Sequence record: NC_024210.1
Source of the DNA: Escherichia phage e4/1c
DNA: 47,112 nucleotides
Strand: one strand, 5' to 3'
The position numbers and the translations under genes were made by a program. Shown piece by piece: positions 1-9,616 of the stretch. Under the pieces are notes generated by a model, which was not told the DNA's origin, searched no databases, and saw nothing but the letters and a program-made list of their open reading frames with translations. The stretch's first letter is position 1, and every line of letters begins with the position of its first letter.

Positions 1-2
1 AC

Positions 3-539
3 ATGCCAGAAGAGAAAAAAATTCACCAGAAGATTGGTAACTTCAAGGAGCTTTACAATAAGAAGTATGGCGACATTGCCAATCTTAAGATTAACCACAG
101 ATACACTCCCGAGCAGGTCTTCGACATGGCTGTAAGGTATTTCAGCTGGGCTGAAGAGCAGGCAATTAAAGCTATCGAGACAGCAAGCTTTCAGGGTGTC
201 GTAACGGAAAACCTTGTTCACAAGCCGAGGGTATTTACGATAACTGGATTCCAGCTTTTCTGCGGCGTTGGTCATAATGCTATTAGCAAATGGCGCTCAT
301 CACCAGGATTCGATGAAGTTATGGAGTTCGTCGACTCAGTTATCTTTGAACAGAAGTACCAGTTGGGTGTTAACAACATCGTCAACCCTGGACTTATTGG
401 CAAAGACCTTGGTATTGATAAGCCACAAGAGGTTAACATCAATAACGCTTCAAATGCCGCAGTGAACGATGAAGAGGCGATGAAGGCCGCTCTGGCTTCT
501 GTAATGGATAAACTCGTATCTCTTGCTTCGTCTGCATGA
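3..539 (+). CDS. putative terminase small subunit (178 aa)
   Basis: ORF directly upstream of the large terminase; ATG at position 3 so upstream context is not visible; assignment by position only. Confidence 0.4.
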   Translation: MPEEKKIHQKIGNFKELYNKKYGDIANLKINHRYTPEQVFDMAVRYFSWAEEQAIKAIETASFQGVVTENLVHKPRVFTITGFQLFCGVGHNAISKWRSSPGFDEVMEFVDSVIFEQKYQLGVNNIVNPGLIGKDLGIDKPQEVNINNASNAAVNDEEAMKAALASVMDKLVSLASSA

Positions 540-609
540 TGATTAGATATTACATTTTCTGGTTTGTTGTTCCATCAATTGCCATTGGTGCACTAATGGA
601 GATGATTCA

Positions 610-2178
610 TTGAAGACATTAGTTTGGGAAGAAATGACGCCAGCCGAAAAGCTGGCAGTTAAGGCGCTATCCACTCACAGCTTCGAGGGATTCCTTAGGG
701 TGTGGTTCCAGCTATCTCAATCAGAACGATACATTCCTAACTGGCACCATAAATACCTATGCAGAATCATTGATGAGATAGTTTCTGGCGAGAGGAAGGA
801 TACGATTATAAATATTTCGCCGGGAGCCGGAAAAACCGAGATTACATCGATACACTTTCCGGTTTATTCGATGCTTAAGCTGAAGAAAGTAAGGAACCTT
901 AACCTTTCGTTCTCTGATAGCCTTGTAAAGCGCAACTCTAAGCGTGTTCGCGACCTTATCAAGTCAGTGGAGTTTCAAAGTCTTTTCCCATGCAGGTTTG
1001 GGACCTGTAAGGATGATGAAATTCAGGTTCTGGATGATTCTGGAAAGGTTAAATTTGAATCCATATCCAAGGCAATTGGCTCTCAGATTACGGGTAGTCG
1101 TGGTGGTTATATTACAGACACATATAGCGGATGCATCATGCTAGACGATATCGATAAAGCCGATGATATGTTTAGTAAGGTAAAGCGCGAGTCTGTTCAT
1201 ATGCTGCTAAAGAACACCATTCGCTCTCGTAGGGCAAGTAGCTTAAAGGGTAAATCAACTCCAATTATATCAATTCAGCAAAGGCTTCATACGCAGGATT
1301 CAACGTGGTTCATGACTTCTGGCGGCATGGGTATCGACTTTGATGTGGTTAAAATACCAGCACTGGTTACTGAGGACTATGTGAATGAGCTTCCTGACTG
1401 GATTCGCGAGCAGTTCGAAAAGGACGTCCTTTCATCTGAATCAGTTGAGCGTGACGGGGTCAGGTACTATAGCTACTTCCCGCAAAAGGAATCTGTGCAT
1501 GACTTGGTCGCCATGTGGGACTCAGACCCGTATACATTCCTAAGCCAGTACCAGCAAGCGCCAGTAGCCTTAGGTGGAAACCTGATTAACGTAGATTGGT
1601 TTGTTCGTCTTGATGAGAATAACAGGCCGCCAGTCAAGTATGACTACCGATTCATCACGGCTGATACTGCATTAACCACTAAGAGCTATAGTGACTATTC
1701 AGTGTTCATGTTGTGGGGAGTAAAGGACAGGAAGGCCTACGTGCTGGACATGGTTCGAGGTAAGTATGAGAGCCCGGAGCTAGAGAAGACGCTTGTTGAA
1801 TTTGAGGCCAAACACCGAGCAAACAACAAGACTAACGGCATCCTTAGGAAGATTATCATAGAGAAAAAGGCTTCAGGCATAGGTCTAATCCAGTCAGCGA
1901 GCAGGACGATGCGCACACCTATTGAGCCATACATCCCTGATGTCGACAAGCTTACTAGGGTTATGAGTGCACTGCCGCAGGTTAAGGCTGGTAACGTATT
2001 CCTACCGCAAGAAGCACCATGGCTAAATTCTTTCTTGTCTGAGTTTGCCGCCTTCACTGCCGATGGAACTCACAAACATGATGACATCGTGGATACATTC
2101 ACCATGGGCGTAAACCTTGAGTTGAACTTAGCAGATGATCCAAAAGCCAGGTTAATGAGGTTAGCCGGAGTTAAGTAG
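610..2178 (+). CDS. terL: terminase large subunit
   Basis: 522 aa; Walker A-like SPGAGKTE near N-terminus, acidic nuclease-type C-terminal half, position before portal; start may be TTG 610 or ATG 634. Confidence 0.85.
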   Translation: MKTLVWEEMTPAEKLAVKALSTHSFEGFLRVWFQLSQSERYIPNWHHKYLCRIIDEIVSGERKDTIINISPGAGKTEITSIHFPVYSMLKLKKVRNLNLSFSDSLVKRNSKRVRDLIKSVEFQSLFPCRFGTCKDDEIQVLDDSGKVKFESISKAIGSQITGSRGGYITDTYSGCIMLDDIDKADDMFSKVKRESVHMLLKNTIRSRRASSLKGKSTPIISIQQRLHTQDSTWFMTSGGMGIDFDVVKIPALVTEDYVNELPDWIREQFEKDVLSSESVERDGVRYYSYFPQKESVHDLVAMWDSDPYTFLSQYQQAPVALGGNLINVDWFVRLDENNRPPVKYDYRFITADTALTTKSYSDYSVFMLWGVKDRKAYVLDMVRGKYESPELEKTLVEFEAKHRANNKTNGILRKIIIEKKASGIGLIQSASRTMRTPIEPYIPDVDKLTRVMSALPQVKAGNVFLPQEAPWLNSFLSEFAAFTADGTHKHDDIVDTFTMGVNLELNLADDPKARLMRLAGVK

Positions 2179-2218
2179 CACGAATTGCTAAACACAAGGC
2201 TCATGGATGAGCTATTAT
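2176..2218 (+). promoter_or_regulatory. palindrome-type promoter unit (TAGCACGAATTGCTA, 22 bp, TATTAT) upstream of HNH gene
   Basis: palindrome 2176-2190 starts on terL stop codon TAG; -10-like TATTAT 2213-2218. Confidence 0.5.
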
Positions 2219-2241
2219 TAAAAGAAATGGAGGCGATTAAG

Positions 2242-2720
2242 ATGATTGAAAGATTCTTTGTAGATGATGATTTTTTTGTTAGGTGGGCTGACGGCCCAAA
2301 CAAGGGCAAGGTGGCACAAAAGATATCAAGGAATGGTTACGCAACGGTAAGGGCAAATGAAAAGGTAATGATGGCTCACAGAGTTGTCTATGAGTTAATG
2401 GTTGGTAATATACCTGACGGTATGGACATTGATCACATAAACCACAATAAGCTTGATAATAACCCATCGAACTTAAGGTGTGTAACAAGGTCAGAAAACA
2501 TGAGGAATATGAAAAAACCAGCAATAACACTAGCGGATTTACCGGGGTAACATTCAACAAGTCAAAAGGTAAGTGGCAGTGCCAGGCGCAAATAGATGGA
2601 AAGTATAAGTACTTAGGTTTGTTCGATGATTTAGATCAGGCTATATCAGCAAGGAAGAGATTTAATATTGATAATGGATTTCATGAAAATCATGGCAAGA
2701 CACTAAAAGCCAATGCGTGA
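2242..2720 (+). CDS. HNH-AP2 homing endonuclease, reading frame interrupted by -1 shift at A6 tract (2512-2517)
   Basis: HNH motif region HRVVYELMVGNIPDGMDIDHINHNKLDNNPSNLR in frame of 2185..2550; AP2-like part NTSGFTGVTFNKSKGKWQ continues in ORF 2478..2720; intact paralog at 26791..27294 shows the two parts are contiguous. Confidence 0.6.
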
Positions 2721-2726
2721 TACAAT

Positions 2727-2750
2727 GCCCCTTACTCAGGGGCTTTTTTA
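2727..2750 (+). terminator. rho-independent terminator
   Basis: GC stem gcccc/ggggc followed by T6. Confidence 0.7.
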
Positions 2751-2763
2751 TTGGAGAAATTAC

Positions 2764-3930
2764 ATGGTAAAAGCAGATAGCTACGCAAACATCTTTCTTA
2801 ATGGGAGTGATGGTAGCGAGATTTACGGAAAGCTTGGTGGGCTTGGGCTAACAGCTCCAGCGCAGCTTGAGCAGCTTTACGTCAACAGCGCACTGGTTCG
2901 CCGAATCATTGATATCGTGCCGGAGGTTGCACTTGGTGCTGGCTTTAACATCGAAGGCATCGGCGATGAAGGTGCTTTCTGGTCTCGATGGGATGATTTA
3001 GACCTTTCAGATAGCGTAATTGACGCCTTGGCGTGGGCAAGGTTATACGGTGGCGCAGCTGTAGTAGCAATCGTTAAGGATGGTAGGGCACTAACTAGCC
3101 CAGCTCGTGAAGGTGCGGAGCTCGAAACCGTTCGCGTATACGACCGGCAGCAAGTAAAAGTGCAGACTCGCGAGGAGAATCCACGAAACGCTCGATTTGG
3201 TAAGCCATTAACTTACCGCATCACGCCAAATGGTTCAGCTACGTTCTATGATGTACACTACACACGTTGCCATATCATTGATGGCGAGCGAGTGCCTAAC
3301 AATTTACGTCGTAATAACGATGGTTGGGGCGCAAGCGTGCTAACTAGTGACTTAATCGACGCGATTGACGACTATCAGAACTGCGAGAGACTGGCTACTC
3401 AGTTACTGCGTCGTAAACAGCAGGCTGTATGGAAAGCTAAGGGCCTTGCTGACTTGTGCGATGATTCGGATGGATTTGGCGCGGCTCGTTTACGTCTGGC
3501 TCAGGTAGATAATAACAGTGGCGTTGGTCAGGCTATCGGGATTGACGCGGAGAGTGAAGAGTACAACGTTCTCAACTCAGATATTGGCGGGATTGATACA
3601 TTTCTGAGTCAGAAGTTCGATCGAATCGTTGCTCTGAGCGGCATCCATGAAATTATTCTCAAGGCTAAGAATACTGGCGGTGTATCAGCTAGCCAAAATA
3701 CGGCTCTGGAAACTTTCTATGGTTACGTTGACCGCAAGCGCAAGGCTGAATTACTGCCCCTTCTTGAGTTCCTGCTTCCATTCATTGTAACTGAGCAGGA
3801 ATGGTCAGTAGAATTTAACCCTCTATCGCAGATTAGCGACAAGGATAAATCTGAGATTCTTGAGAAGAACGTCAATTCAGTTGCCGCATTGATTGCAGCT
3901 GGAATCATTGTTGCGCGCAATTTCAACTGA
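2764..3930 (+). CDS. portal protein
   Basis: 389 aa from ATG 2764 with RBS GGAGAAA; position after terL; size and acidic/aromatic content typical; ORF-track start 2713 would span the terminator. Confidence 0.7.
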   Translation: MVKADSYANIFLNGSDGSEIYGKLGGLGLTAPAQLEQLYVNSALVRRIIDIVPEVALGAGFNIEGIGDEGAFWSRWDDLDLSDSVIDALAWARLYGGAAVVAIVKDGRALTSPAREGAELETVRVYDRQQVKVQTREENPRNARFGKPLTYRITPNGSATFYDVHYTRCHIIDGERVPNNLRRNNDGWGASVLTSDLIDAIDDYQNCERLATQLLRRKQQAVWKAKGLADLCDDSDGFGAARLRLAQVDNNSGVGQAIGIDAESEEYNVLNSDIGGIDTFLSQKFDRIVALSGIHEIILKAKNTGGVSASQNTALETFYGYVDRKRKAELLPLLEFLLPFIVTEQEWSVEFNPLSQISDKDKSEILEKNVNSVAALIAAGIIVARNFN

Positions 3931-3974
3931 GGTTAAGATTGGCGAAGGCTCAATTCAAACGGAGGTTGTAATTA

Positions 3975-4739
3975 ATGAATCAGAAGACCCGCTGGATGTA
4001 TCCGCAAACAATTGAGAGCCAGATTAACCGCAGCCTTTTGGTTGCGGTATCTGAACTTATTGAGCAAATGAAGTTATCTGCAAAGAGGCTAAAAATTGAC
4101 ACAGCGCAGGAGATTGAAGAGGAAGATTCAGACCTTTCAGATGTAATCTCAGCGCTGCTATCTGGTTTTGTTTCCACTCTGCCTGCGCTGGCACTAGCAA
4201 TATATCGTTATAACTCGGCGCAATTCCTTAAGGTGGCCAACAACTCCGGAGGTAAGAATAATCCTGTAGTTCTTGCGCTAGGATTGTATGGTATTAACGC
4301 GGATGAACCATGGTGGCTCGACACCAGGAGCTCCTGGATTGTTGGCACGCAGTTAAGTGCATCAAAGCTGCTAAACAACATCAAGGATGATTTCATAAAC
4401 AACGCCATTACTGCGCAGGCTGGTAACACTGTTGACCTTGATGATAGATACCGAATCTACAGAAAGAGAACGGCAAATATCGCTGCTGGAATTACAGGGT
4501 CTCTAAACTCAAACCTTATGCGGAGAAGGCTTGAAGATGCCGGTGTATCTCAGTATGTTTGGCGTGGTAGACTTGACGACAAAGAGCGACCATCTCACGC
4601 TTTGCGTGAGGGGGTTAGCTTTAAATCAGATGGTTCGGACGCTGGAAAACTTGACGGCCTTGCGACATTCCCCGGTCAGCAATACGGGTGTCGTTGCTGG
4701 GCTGTTCCTAAATGGGAGAATTTAATTAATGAAGAGTAA
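3975..4739 (+). CDS. head morphogenesis protein (SPP1 gp7 / Mu F-like)
   Basis: 254 aa; C-terminal motif LREGVSFKSDGSDAGKLDGLATFPGQQYGCRCWAV typical of this family; follows portal. Confidence 0.7.
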   Translation: MNQKTRWMYPQTIESQINRSLLVAVSELIEQMKLSAKRLKIDTAQEIEEEDSDLSDVISALLSGFVSTLPALALAIYRYNSAQFLKVANNSGGKNNPVVLALGLYGINADEPWWLDTRSSWIVGTQLSASKLLNNIKDDFINNAITAQAGNTVDLDDRYRIYRKRTANIAAGITGSLNSNLMRRRLEDAGVSQYVWRGRLDDKERPSHALREGVSFKSDGSDAGKLDGLATFPGQQYGCRCWAVPKWENLINEE

Positions 4740-5838
4740 AATGCGTTATGATAGCGCCAAGGTAAAAGCCCATTTCGATGAGAACGGGTTTCTCGTGGAC
4801 ACTCCAGTGGTTGCTCGCGTAGGTGTACAAACCTACTATATGCCAGATGGTTCAGAGCGCCGAGAGTTCCGTCCGGCTTCAGAGGTTTTTAAAGCTGACT
4901 CCTTGCAAAGCTACCAGGGTAAGCCACTTACTCTGGGGCACGTTGTGGTTAACTCTGAAAATGCTAAAGAGGTTGTCGTTGGTTCTGTATCTGGATCAGC
5001 CATGCGTCAGGATTCGGCAGTGGTTGTTCCTCTTACCGTTTACGACAAGGAGGCAATTGAGAAGGCAAAGTCTGGCGTTGCTGGTGAGCTCTCGGTTGGA
5101 TATAACACCATTGATGTTGAATCTCCTGGTTGGGGCAGCAATGAAACAGGTGAGTATAAGCTGGACGGAGAATACGCAAGTCAGGATGAGATTCCTGCTG
5201 ATTGGGTACGCTTTGATGCACTGCAAACAAATATCGTTGTGAACCATGTCGCTCTTGTATATAAAGGTCGCGCAGGTATTGCTAAACTCAATCTGGACGC
5301 GGAACAGGAAAACCCGTATACTGATACCGTTCAATCAAATAAAGAGGATAAATTGATGATTAAGATTAAACTGGATGGCGAGAAGGAGTTCGAAATCGCC
5401 CCGGAAGTTGCTAAGCACATCGAGGCTGTTAAGGCTGATGCAGAGCAAGCAAAAGCCAAAGCTGACACCCTCGAAGCCGAGCGTGATGCACTGAAAGCTA
5501 AAGTTGATGGCATCCCAGCCGAAATCGAAGCTGCTGTAGCCAAAGCTAAAGCTGACGCTGACGAACTGGCCGCTCTGGTTGCTACCGCCGCAGAAGCTGG
5601 CGTTAAATGTGATGGTCTGGATGCTAAAGCAATCAAAGTTGCTTACGTTAAAGAAGTATCTGGCATTGAAGTTGCTGAGAAATCCGATGCGTACATCGAT
5701 GCGGCCTTTGATATCGCCAAATCTTCTGATAAAATGGCTGAAGCCCGTGTAGCAGTTGCTGGCGCGGAAAAATCTGATGCAGCACCGGAAGTTAAGACTC
5801 TTAACCCGCGTGCTCGCCTCGCTAAATTGAAAAAATAA
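4729..5838 (+). CDS. capsid scaffolding protein (globular N-domain plus Ala/Lys/Glu-rich coiled coil)
   Basis: C-terminal half is low-complexity AKA/EAE-rich heptad-like sequence; position between head morphogenesis gene and capsid genes. Confidence 0.55.
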   Translation: MKSKMRYDSAKVKAHFDENGFLVDTPVVARVGVQTYYMPDGSERREFRPASEVFKADSLQSYQGKPLTLGHVVVNSENAKEVVVGSVSGSAMRQDSAVVVPLTVYDKEAIEKAKSGVAGELSVGYNTIDVESPGWGSNETGEYKLDGEYASQDEIPADWVRFDALQTNIVVNHVALVYKGRAGIAKLNLDAEQENPYTDTVQSNKEDKLMIKIKLDGEKEFEIAPEVAKHIEAVKADAEQAKAKADTLEAERDALKAKVDGIPAEIEAAVAKAKADADELAALVATAAEAGVKCDGLDAKAIKVAYVKEVSGIEVAEKSDAYIDAAFDIAKSSDKMAEARVAVAGAEKSDAAPEVKTLNPRARLAKLKK

Positions 5839-5849
5839 GGAGTCTTAAT

Positions 5850-6374
5850 ATGGCAATTCGTTCCGTAGCACTGGCTGGTATGGTTTCTGACACTTCTCTG
5901 TATAACATCGACGGCGCCTGTGTAGTTGGCGGCGCAGCGGCAATTCCGGTTGGCACTGTCGTTGGTGTTACATCCGCTCAGCCTGTAGATGGTCACAAGG
6001 TTGTTGGCCTTCCCGCCGTAACTGGTACGCCAGTTAAACCTTATGGTGTTGTTGTTAAATCTCATTACGAGACCCCAGATGGTACGGCTCGCTTAAATGA
6101 AGCAGTTAACGTAATGACTCATGGTCGTATCTGGGTCCGCACCACCCTAGCATCTGCGCCAGTTTTTGGTAGCAAGGTTTTCGTAAACGCGAGTGGCGTT
6201 GTTGTTGCTGAGACGGCAGGCACTACTTGGGAGACCGGCTTTACATTTGCTGGCGGTTACGCTTCTGCTTATGCTAATAACGGCACTGACCCAATCAAGC
6301 AAGGTGAAAGCTACGATGGTGCAATCGTTGAGGTTCAGCTGATTCAATCCGCTGACTCAGCTGTCGCAGCTTAA
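5850..6374 (+). CDS. putative head structural/decoration protein
   Basis: 174 aa Gly/Val/Ala/Thr-rich beta-type sequence, strong RBS AAGGAG, in head module; function not resolvable from sequence. Confidence 0.35.
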   Translation: MAIRSVALAGMVSDTSLYNIDGACVVGGAAAIPVGTVVGVTSAQPVDGHKVVGLPAVTGTPVKPYGVVVKSHYETPDGTARLNEAVNVMTHGRIWVRTTLASAPVFGSKVFVNASGVVVAETAGTTWETGFTFAGGYASAYANNGTDPIKQGESYDGAIVEVQLIQSADSAVAA

Positions 6375-6380
6375 TTACAT

Positions 6381-6400
6381 GGCCCTTCGGGGCCTTTTTT
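6381..6400 (+). terminator. rho-independent terminator
   Basis: ggccc-ttcg-gggcc hairpin plus T6. Confidence 0.7.
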
Positions 6401-6413
6401 AATGGAGGCTTTT

Positions 6414-6560
6414 ATGATTTATTCATTCGATAAAATTTCAATCTCATACTACGACTCACCAGAATCTCTTATTGAAGAATTCAATCTCGAGGTTAAGGGT
6501 GTTCTTGATTCTGGTTTCAGGTATTTATATTCAGAACTCGCAGATGTTTTTTACTCATAA
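6414..6560 (+). CDS. hypothetical small protein (48 aa)
   Basis: ATG 6414 right after terminator; not in ORF track (below size cut-off); AT-rich. Confidence 0.25.
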   Translation: MIYSFDKISISYYDSPESLIEEFNLEVKGVLDSGFRYLYSELADVFYS

Positions 6561-6593
6561 CAAGAGTTAGGGCATGAAAAATCCCCAGACATA

Positions 6594-6983
6594 ATGGAGT
6601 CAAGATTCTTTGTGAGAACACTCCCACTCTCGGATAAGTCATCATCTGGAAGGGAAATTGAATCCATAGTTGCCAAGATATATGTTAAAGATATTGATTA
6701 CGGTTATGATGGTGGCCCATCCTTGCAAGAGTTAATTGATTCATTTTGCGTTGAAAATGGTTACGGCTACGTTCCGGCATCCGCAGGATCAAATGCAAGC
6801 GTCATAAATAAGGAAGAGAGTGAACCATTCGCTGTTCTTGAGAACGGGAAGTGGGTAACCTACCATAGAGCAAAGAAAAGACAAGCGACATTTGTGACTT
6901 ACATTAAATACTCAAAAGATTCATTGCAGAAAAAGTCTGGCTGGGCTTTAGTTAAGTACGAAGAAGTTGACGCTCCAGAGTAA
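6594..6983 (+). CDS. hypothetical protein (129 aa), possible moron
   Basis: ORF bracketed by two terminators inside head module; AT-rich relative to neighbours. Confidence 0.4.
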   Translation: MESRFFVRTLPLSDKSSSGREIESIVAKIYVKDIDYGYDGGPSLQELIDSFCVENGYGYVPASAGSNASVINKEESEPFAVLENGKWVTYHRAKKRQATFVTYIKYSKDSLQKKSGWALVKYEEVDAPE

Positions 6984-6988
6984 ATTTA

Positions 6989-7011
6989 AACCTCCTTCGG
7001 GAGGTTTTTTT
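6989..7011 (+). terminator. rho-independent terminator
   Basis: cctcc-ttcg-ggagg hairpin plus T7. Confidence 0.7.
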
Positions 7012-7064
7012 ACACCTATAATCTGTTAGACTTATCAGGTCTATTAACTAATCAGGAGATTAAG

Positions 7065-8582
7065 ATGGCTTTAGAATTTAAGCAAATCCTTGCCGGTAAC
7101 ACAGCTTCACTTAGCCACAAGGTGCTAGAGGCAATTGCGGAAGGTTGGCAGCCGTTCGATAGAGTCTTGACCGGAACTGGATCTAACACTATTGGCATGG
7201 TTGTAGCTAAGGGAACTAACGCAGACATTACCGACTTCATGGTTCTGAGTGCAACCAGTCGCCAAAAGCTAATTGATAGAGTAAATGAAATCACTCACGA
7301 AGGTTGGGAGGTGTTTGGCGAACCTTCATCTGAGTCAAATCAGTTTGCAGTTTCTTTAACTAAGGGTTTTCAGGGTACATCTGGTAGGGATGGAATGGCA
7401 GGACCACAAGGCCCACAAGGTCCACGTGGCGAGGTTGGCCCTGAAGGTCCGCAGGGTCCAAAAGGCGACGATGGTACGCCTGGTGAAAAGGGTGAGCGTG
7501 GAGCGGTAGGGCCACAAGGCACGGTTGGGCCTCAAGGCATTCAGGGACCTCAAGGTATTCAAGGACCAGCCGGATTGAAGGGTGACAAAGGTGATAGGGG
7601 TGATACTGGCCCACAGGGACCGCAAGGCTTGAAGGGTGACACTGGAGAGAAAGGTGATCCTGGCGAAGTCGGGCCTGCTGGTTTAACATTCCGTGGGCAA
7701 TGGGTTCCCGCCACTGATTATACAAAAGATGACACTGTAGTTTACGGTGGATCAACCTACTTCGCAGTTAGCAACATTGCAGCAGATGAGGAGCCTGGAG
7801 TATCACCTTTGTGGGTTGTTCTTGCCGCTCAGGGAACTAAGGGTGATAAGGGTGAAAAAGGTGATCCTGGCGATACTGGGCCTCAAGGCGAGAAAGGTGA
7901 TACAGGACCGCAGGGGCCAAGAGGAATTCAGGGTCAGCAAGGCATTCAAGGCTTGCCTGGTGATCAAGGACCAAAAGGTGATCAAGGATTGCAAGGTATC
8001 GCCGGACCAACCGGACCACAAGGCCCTAAAGGTGATACCGGACCGCAGGGCATTCAAGGTCAGCAGGGTATTCGTGGGTTAACTGGCCCAGCCGGTCCAC
8101 AAGGTCCTCAGGGTGGAAGGGGTGACGATGGCCCTCAGGGTGTAAAAGGTGATAAAGGTGATAAAGGTGATAAAGGTGATGCTCCTTACACATTATTTAA
8201 CTCAAGTAACGTGACGACGACATATATTGAAATACCCATCCCACAAGTAACAAACACTGTCCTAAGGGTTAGGCTTTCTGGTGCCAACTTTGAATACAGC
8301 GTTTTGAGCAAAGGTGGAGCGAATAGATATGTTGACTTTTACACATTCATTCCGTCATTAACCAGTTCAACTGGTAACATCTATACAGGAACGACTACCC
8401 TGACGCCAACTGGTAGCCTTTTTTTGGGTAACTCTCCTGTAGCTCTTGGGTTGAGGGAATTGACAATAACACTCAAGGAGTGGGGTGATAGGACTCTAAC
8501 CACAATAAAGGCTATACATCACGGAAGAACAGGTGATAACACAAGGCCTTTGCAGATAACTATGTTTAGTAATAAGTATTAA
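7065..8582 (+). CDS. collagen-like repeat protein (two Gly-X-Y blocks), putative head/virion fibre
   Basis: 505 aa; long runs GPQGPQGPRGEVGPEGPQGPKGDDG... (approx aa 106-205 and 258-365) separated by a non-collagenous insert; 130-aa C-terminal non-repeat domain. Confidence 0.8.
   Translation: MALEFKQILAGNTASLSHKVLEAIAEGWQPFDRVLTGTGSNTIGMVVAKGTNADITDFMVLSATSRQKLIDRVNEITHEGWEVFGEPSSESNQFAVSLTKGFQGTSGRDGMAGPQGPQGPRGEVGPEGPQGPKGDDGTPGEKGERGAVGPQGTVGPQGIQGPQGIQGPAGLKGDKGDRGDTGPQGPQGLKGDTGEKGDPGEVGPAGLTFRGQWVPATDYTKDDTVVYGGSTYFAVSNIAADEEPGVSPLWVVLAAQGTKGDKGEKGDPGDTGPQGEKGDTGPQGPRGIQGQQGIQGLPGDQGPKGDQGLQGIAGPTGPQGPKGDTGPQGIQGQQGIRGLTGPAGPQGPQGGRGDDGPQGVKGDKGDKGDKGDAPYTLFNSSNVTTTYIEIPIPQVTNTVLRVRLSGANFEYSVLSKGGANRYVDFYTFIPSLTSSTGNIYTGTTTLTPTGSLFLGNSPVALGLRELTITLKEWGDRTLTTIKAIHHGRTGDNTRPLQITMFSNKY
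8148..8179 (+). repeat. tandem 9-bp repeat (GGTGATAAA)x3.5 inside collagen-like gene
   Basis: encodes GDKGDKGDKGD; slippage-prone. Confidence 0.8.
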
Positions 8583-8595
8583 CAAAAAGCCCACC

Positions 8596-8624
8596 ATTGC
8601 GTGGGCTAAAAACTCGTGTATAAT
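8596..8624 (+). promoter_or_regulatory. candidate promoter for capsid gene (perfect -10 TATAAT at 8619-8624)
   Basis: TATAAT 39 bp upstream of MCP start; -35 region weak and overlaps hairpin 8588-8607. Confidence 0.35.
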
Positions 8625-8662
8625 GAATCCGTAGACACCTAACTGAAAAGGAACAATAAAGA

Positions 8663-9610
8663 ATGGCCATTAAATTTGATGCAGAACAAGCAAAAATCAC
8701 CGCTCACCTCGAGCAAATGGGCGTAGAGAAAGCAGACGCAGCTGGTATCTGGACCGTCAAGCAGCTTACAGAAACCCTAAAACGTAACTACGAGAAGGAA
8801 TACCCGGATAACTCCGTTGTTAATATCTTTCCTGTAAGTAACGAAATTCCAAGTCACGCAAAGTATTTCGAATATCCAGAATTTGATGGCGTTGGTATCG
8901 CTCAGATTATCGCTGATTACTCTGATGACCTGCCGCTGGTTGATGCCTTCATGACTGAGAAGCAGGGTAAAGTGTTCCGTTTCGGTAACGCATTCCTGGT
9001 TTCCGTTGACGAAATCAAAGCTGGTGCGGCAACTGGTCAGCCTTTGCAAACTCGCAAACAGGCTCTGGCATTTGAAGCACACGACAACCTGTTGGATAAA
9101 CTTGTTTGGCAAGGTTCTGCACCTCATGGTATTACCAGCGTATTCAACGCGCCTAACGTCAACCAGATTACTGCTAACGCAAGTGGTTGGACTGATGCGA
9201 AGAACGCGGTTGATGACATTACCTCAATGATTGATGCGGTTGAAATTGCTACCCAGGGCATTCACCATGTAACTGACATCATTCTTCCGGCATCCGCTCG
9301 TCGAGTAATGCAGGGTCTGGTTGCTGGTACTACCATTAGTTACGGTGAACTGTTTACTCGTAACAACCCTGGTCTTACCATTCGTTACCTTCAGTTCCTG
9401 GACAACTACGATGGTGCAGGCGGCAAAGCGGCTCTGGCATTTGAGAAGGACCCGCTGAACCTCAGCGTTGAGATTCCGGAGGCGACCAATGTGTTGCCAG
9501 CACAACCGCGAGACTTGCATTTCCGTTATCCTGTTACCTCCAAGTCTACTGGTCTGGTTATCTACCGACCGCTGACTGTATCTGTACTAAAAGGTATTAC
9601 CTATCCTTAA
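8663..9610 (+). CDS. major capsid protein
   Basis: 315 aa; strong RBS AAGGAAC; followed by strong terminator; position and size; preceded by perfect -10. Confidence 0.65.
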   Translation: MAIKFDAEQAKITAHLEQMGVEKADAAGIWTVKQLTETLKRNYEKEYPDNSVVNIFPVSNEIPSHAKYFEYPEFDGVGIAQIIADYSDDLPLVDAFMTEKQGKVFRFGNAFLVSVDEIKAGAATGQPLQTRKQALAFEAHDNLLDKLVWQGSAPHGITSVFNAPNVNQITANASGWTDAKNAVDDITSMIDAVEIATQGIHHVTDIILPASARRVMQGLVAGTTISYGELFTRNNPGLTIRYLQFLDNYDGAGGKAALAFEKDPLNLSVEIPEATNVLPAQPRDLHFRYPVTSKSTGLVIYRPLTVSVLKGITYP

Positions 9611-9616
9611 TAAATC

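Noticed and set aside
1737-2057. Antisense and internal ORFs inside large genes (e.g. 944..1144, 1737..2057, 5331..6065, 7356..8082, 14111..14665, 20957..21317, 40406..40684, 44424..44900)
   Set aside because: Fully embedded in longer, better-supported ORFs, no RBS, low-complexity translations; judged spurious
2713-3930. ORF-track start at 2713 for portal (and similar 5' extensions at 12945, 16409, 17169, 18573, 22991, 23302, 30498)
   Set aside because: Extensions run through terminator hairpins or lack an RBS; internal ATG codons with good Shine-Dalgarno spacing were preferred
8588-8607. Hairpin agcccac-N6-gtgggct after the collagen-like gene as a plus-strand terminator
   Set aside because: Followed by A-rich rather than T-rich sequence on the plus strand; more likely an RNA stability element or part of the capsid promoter region
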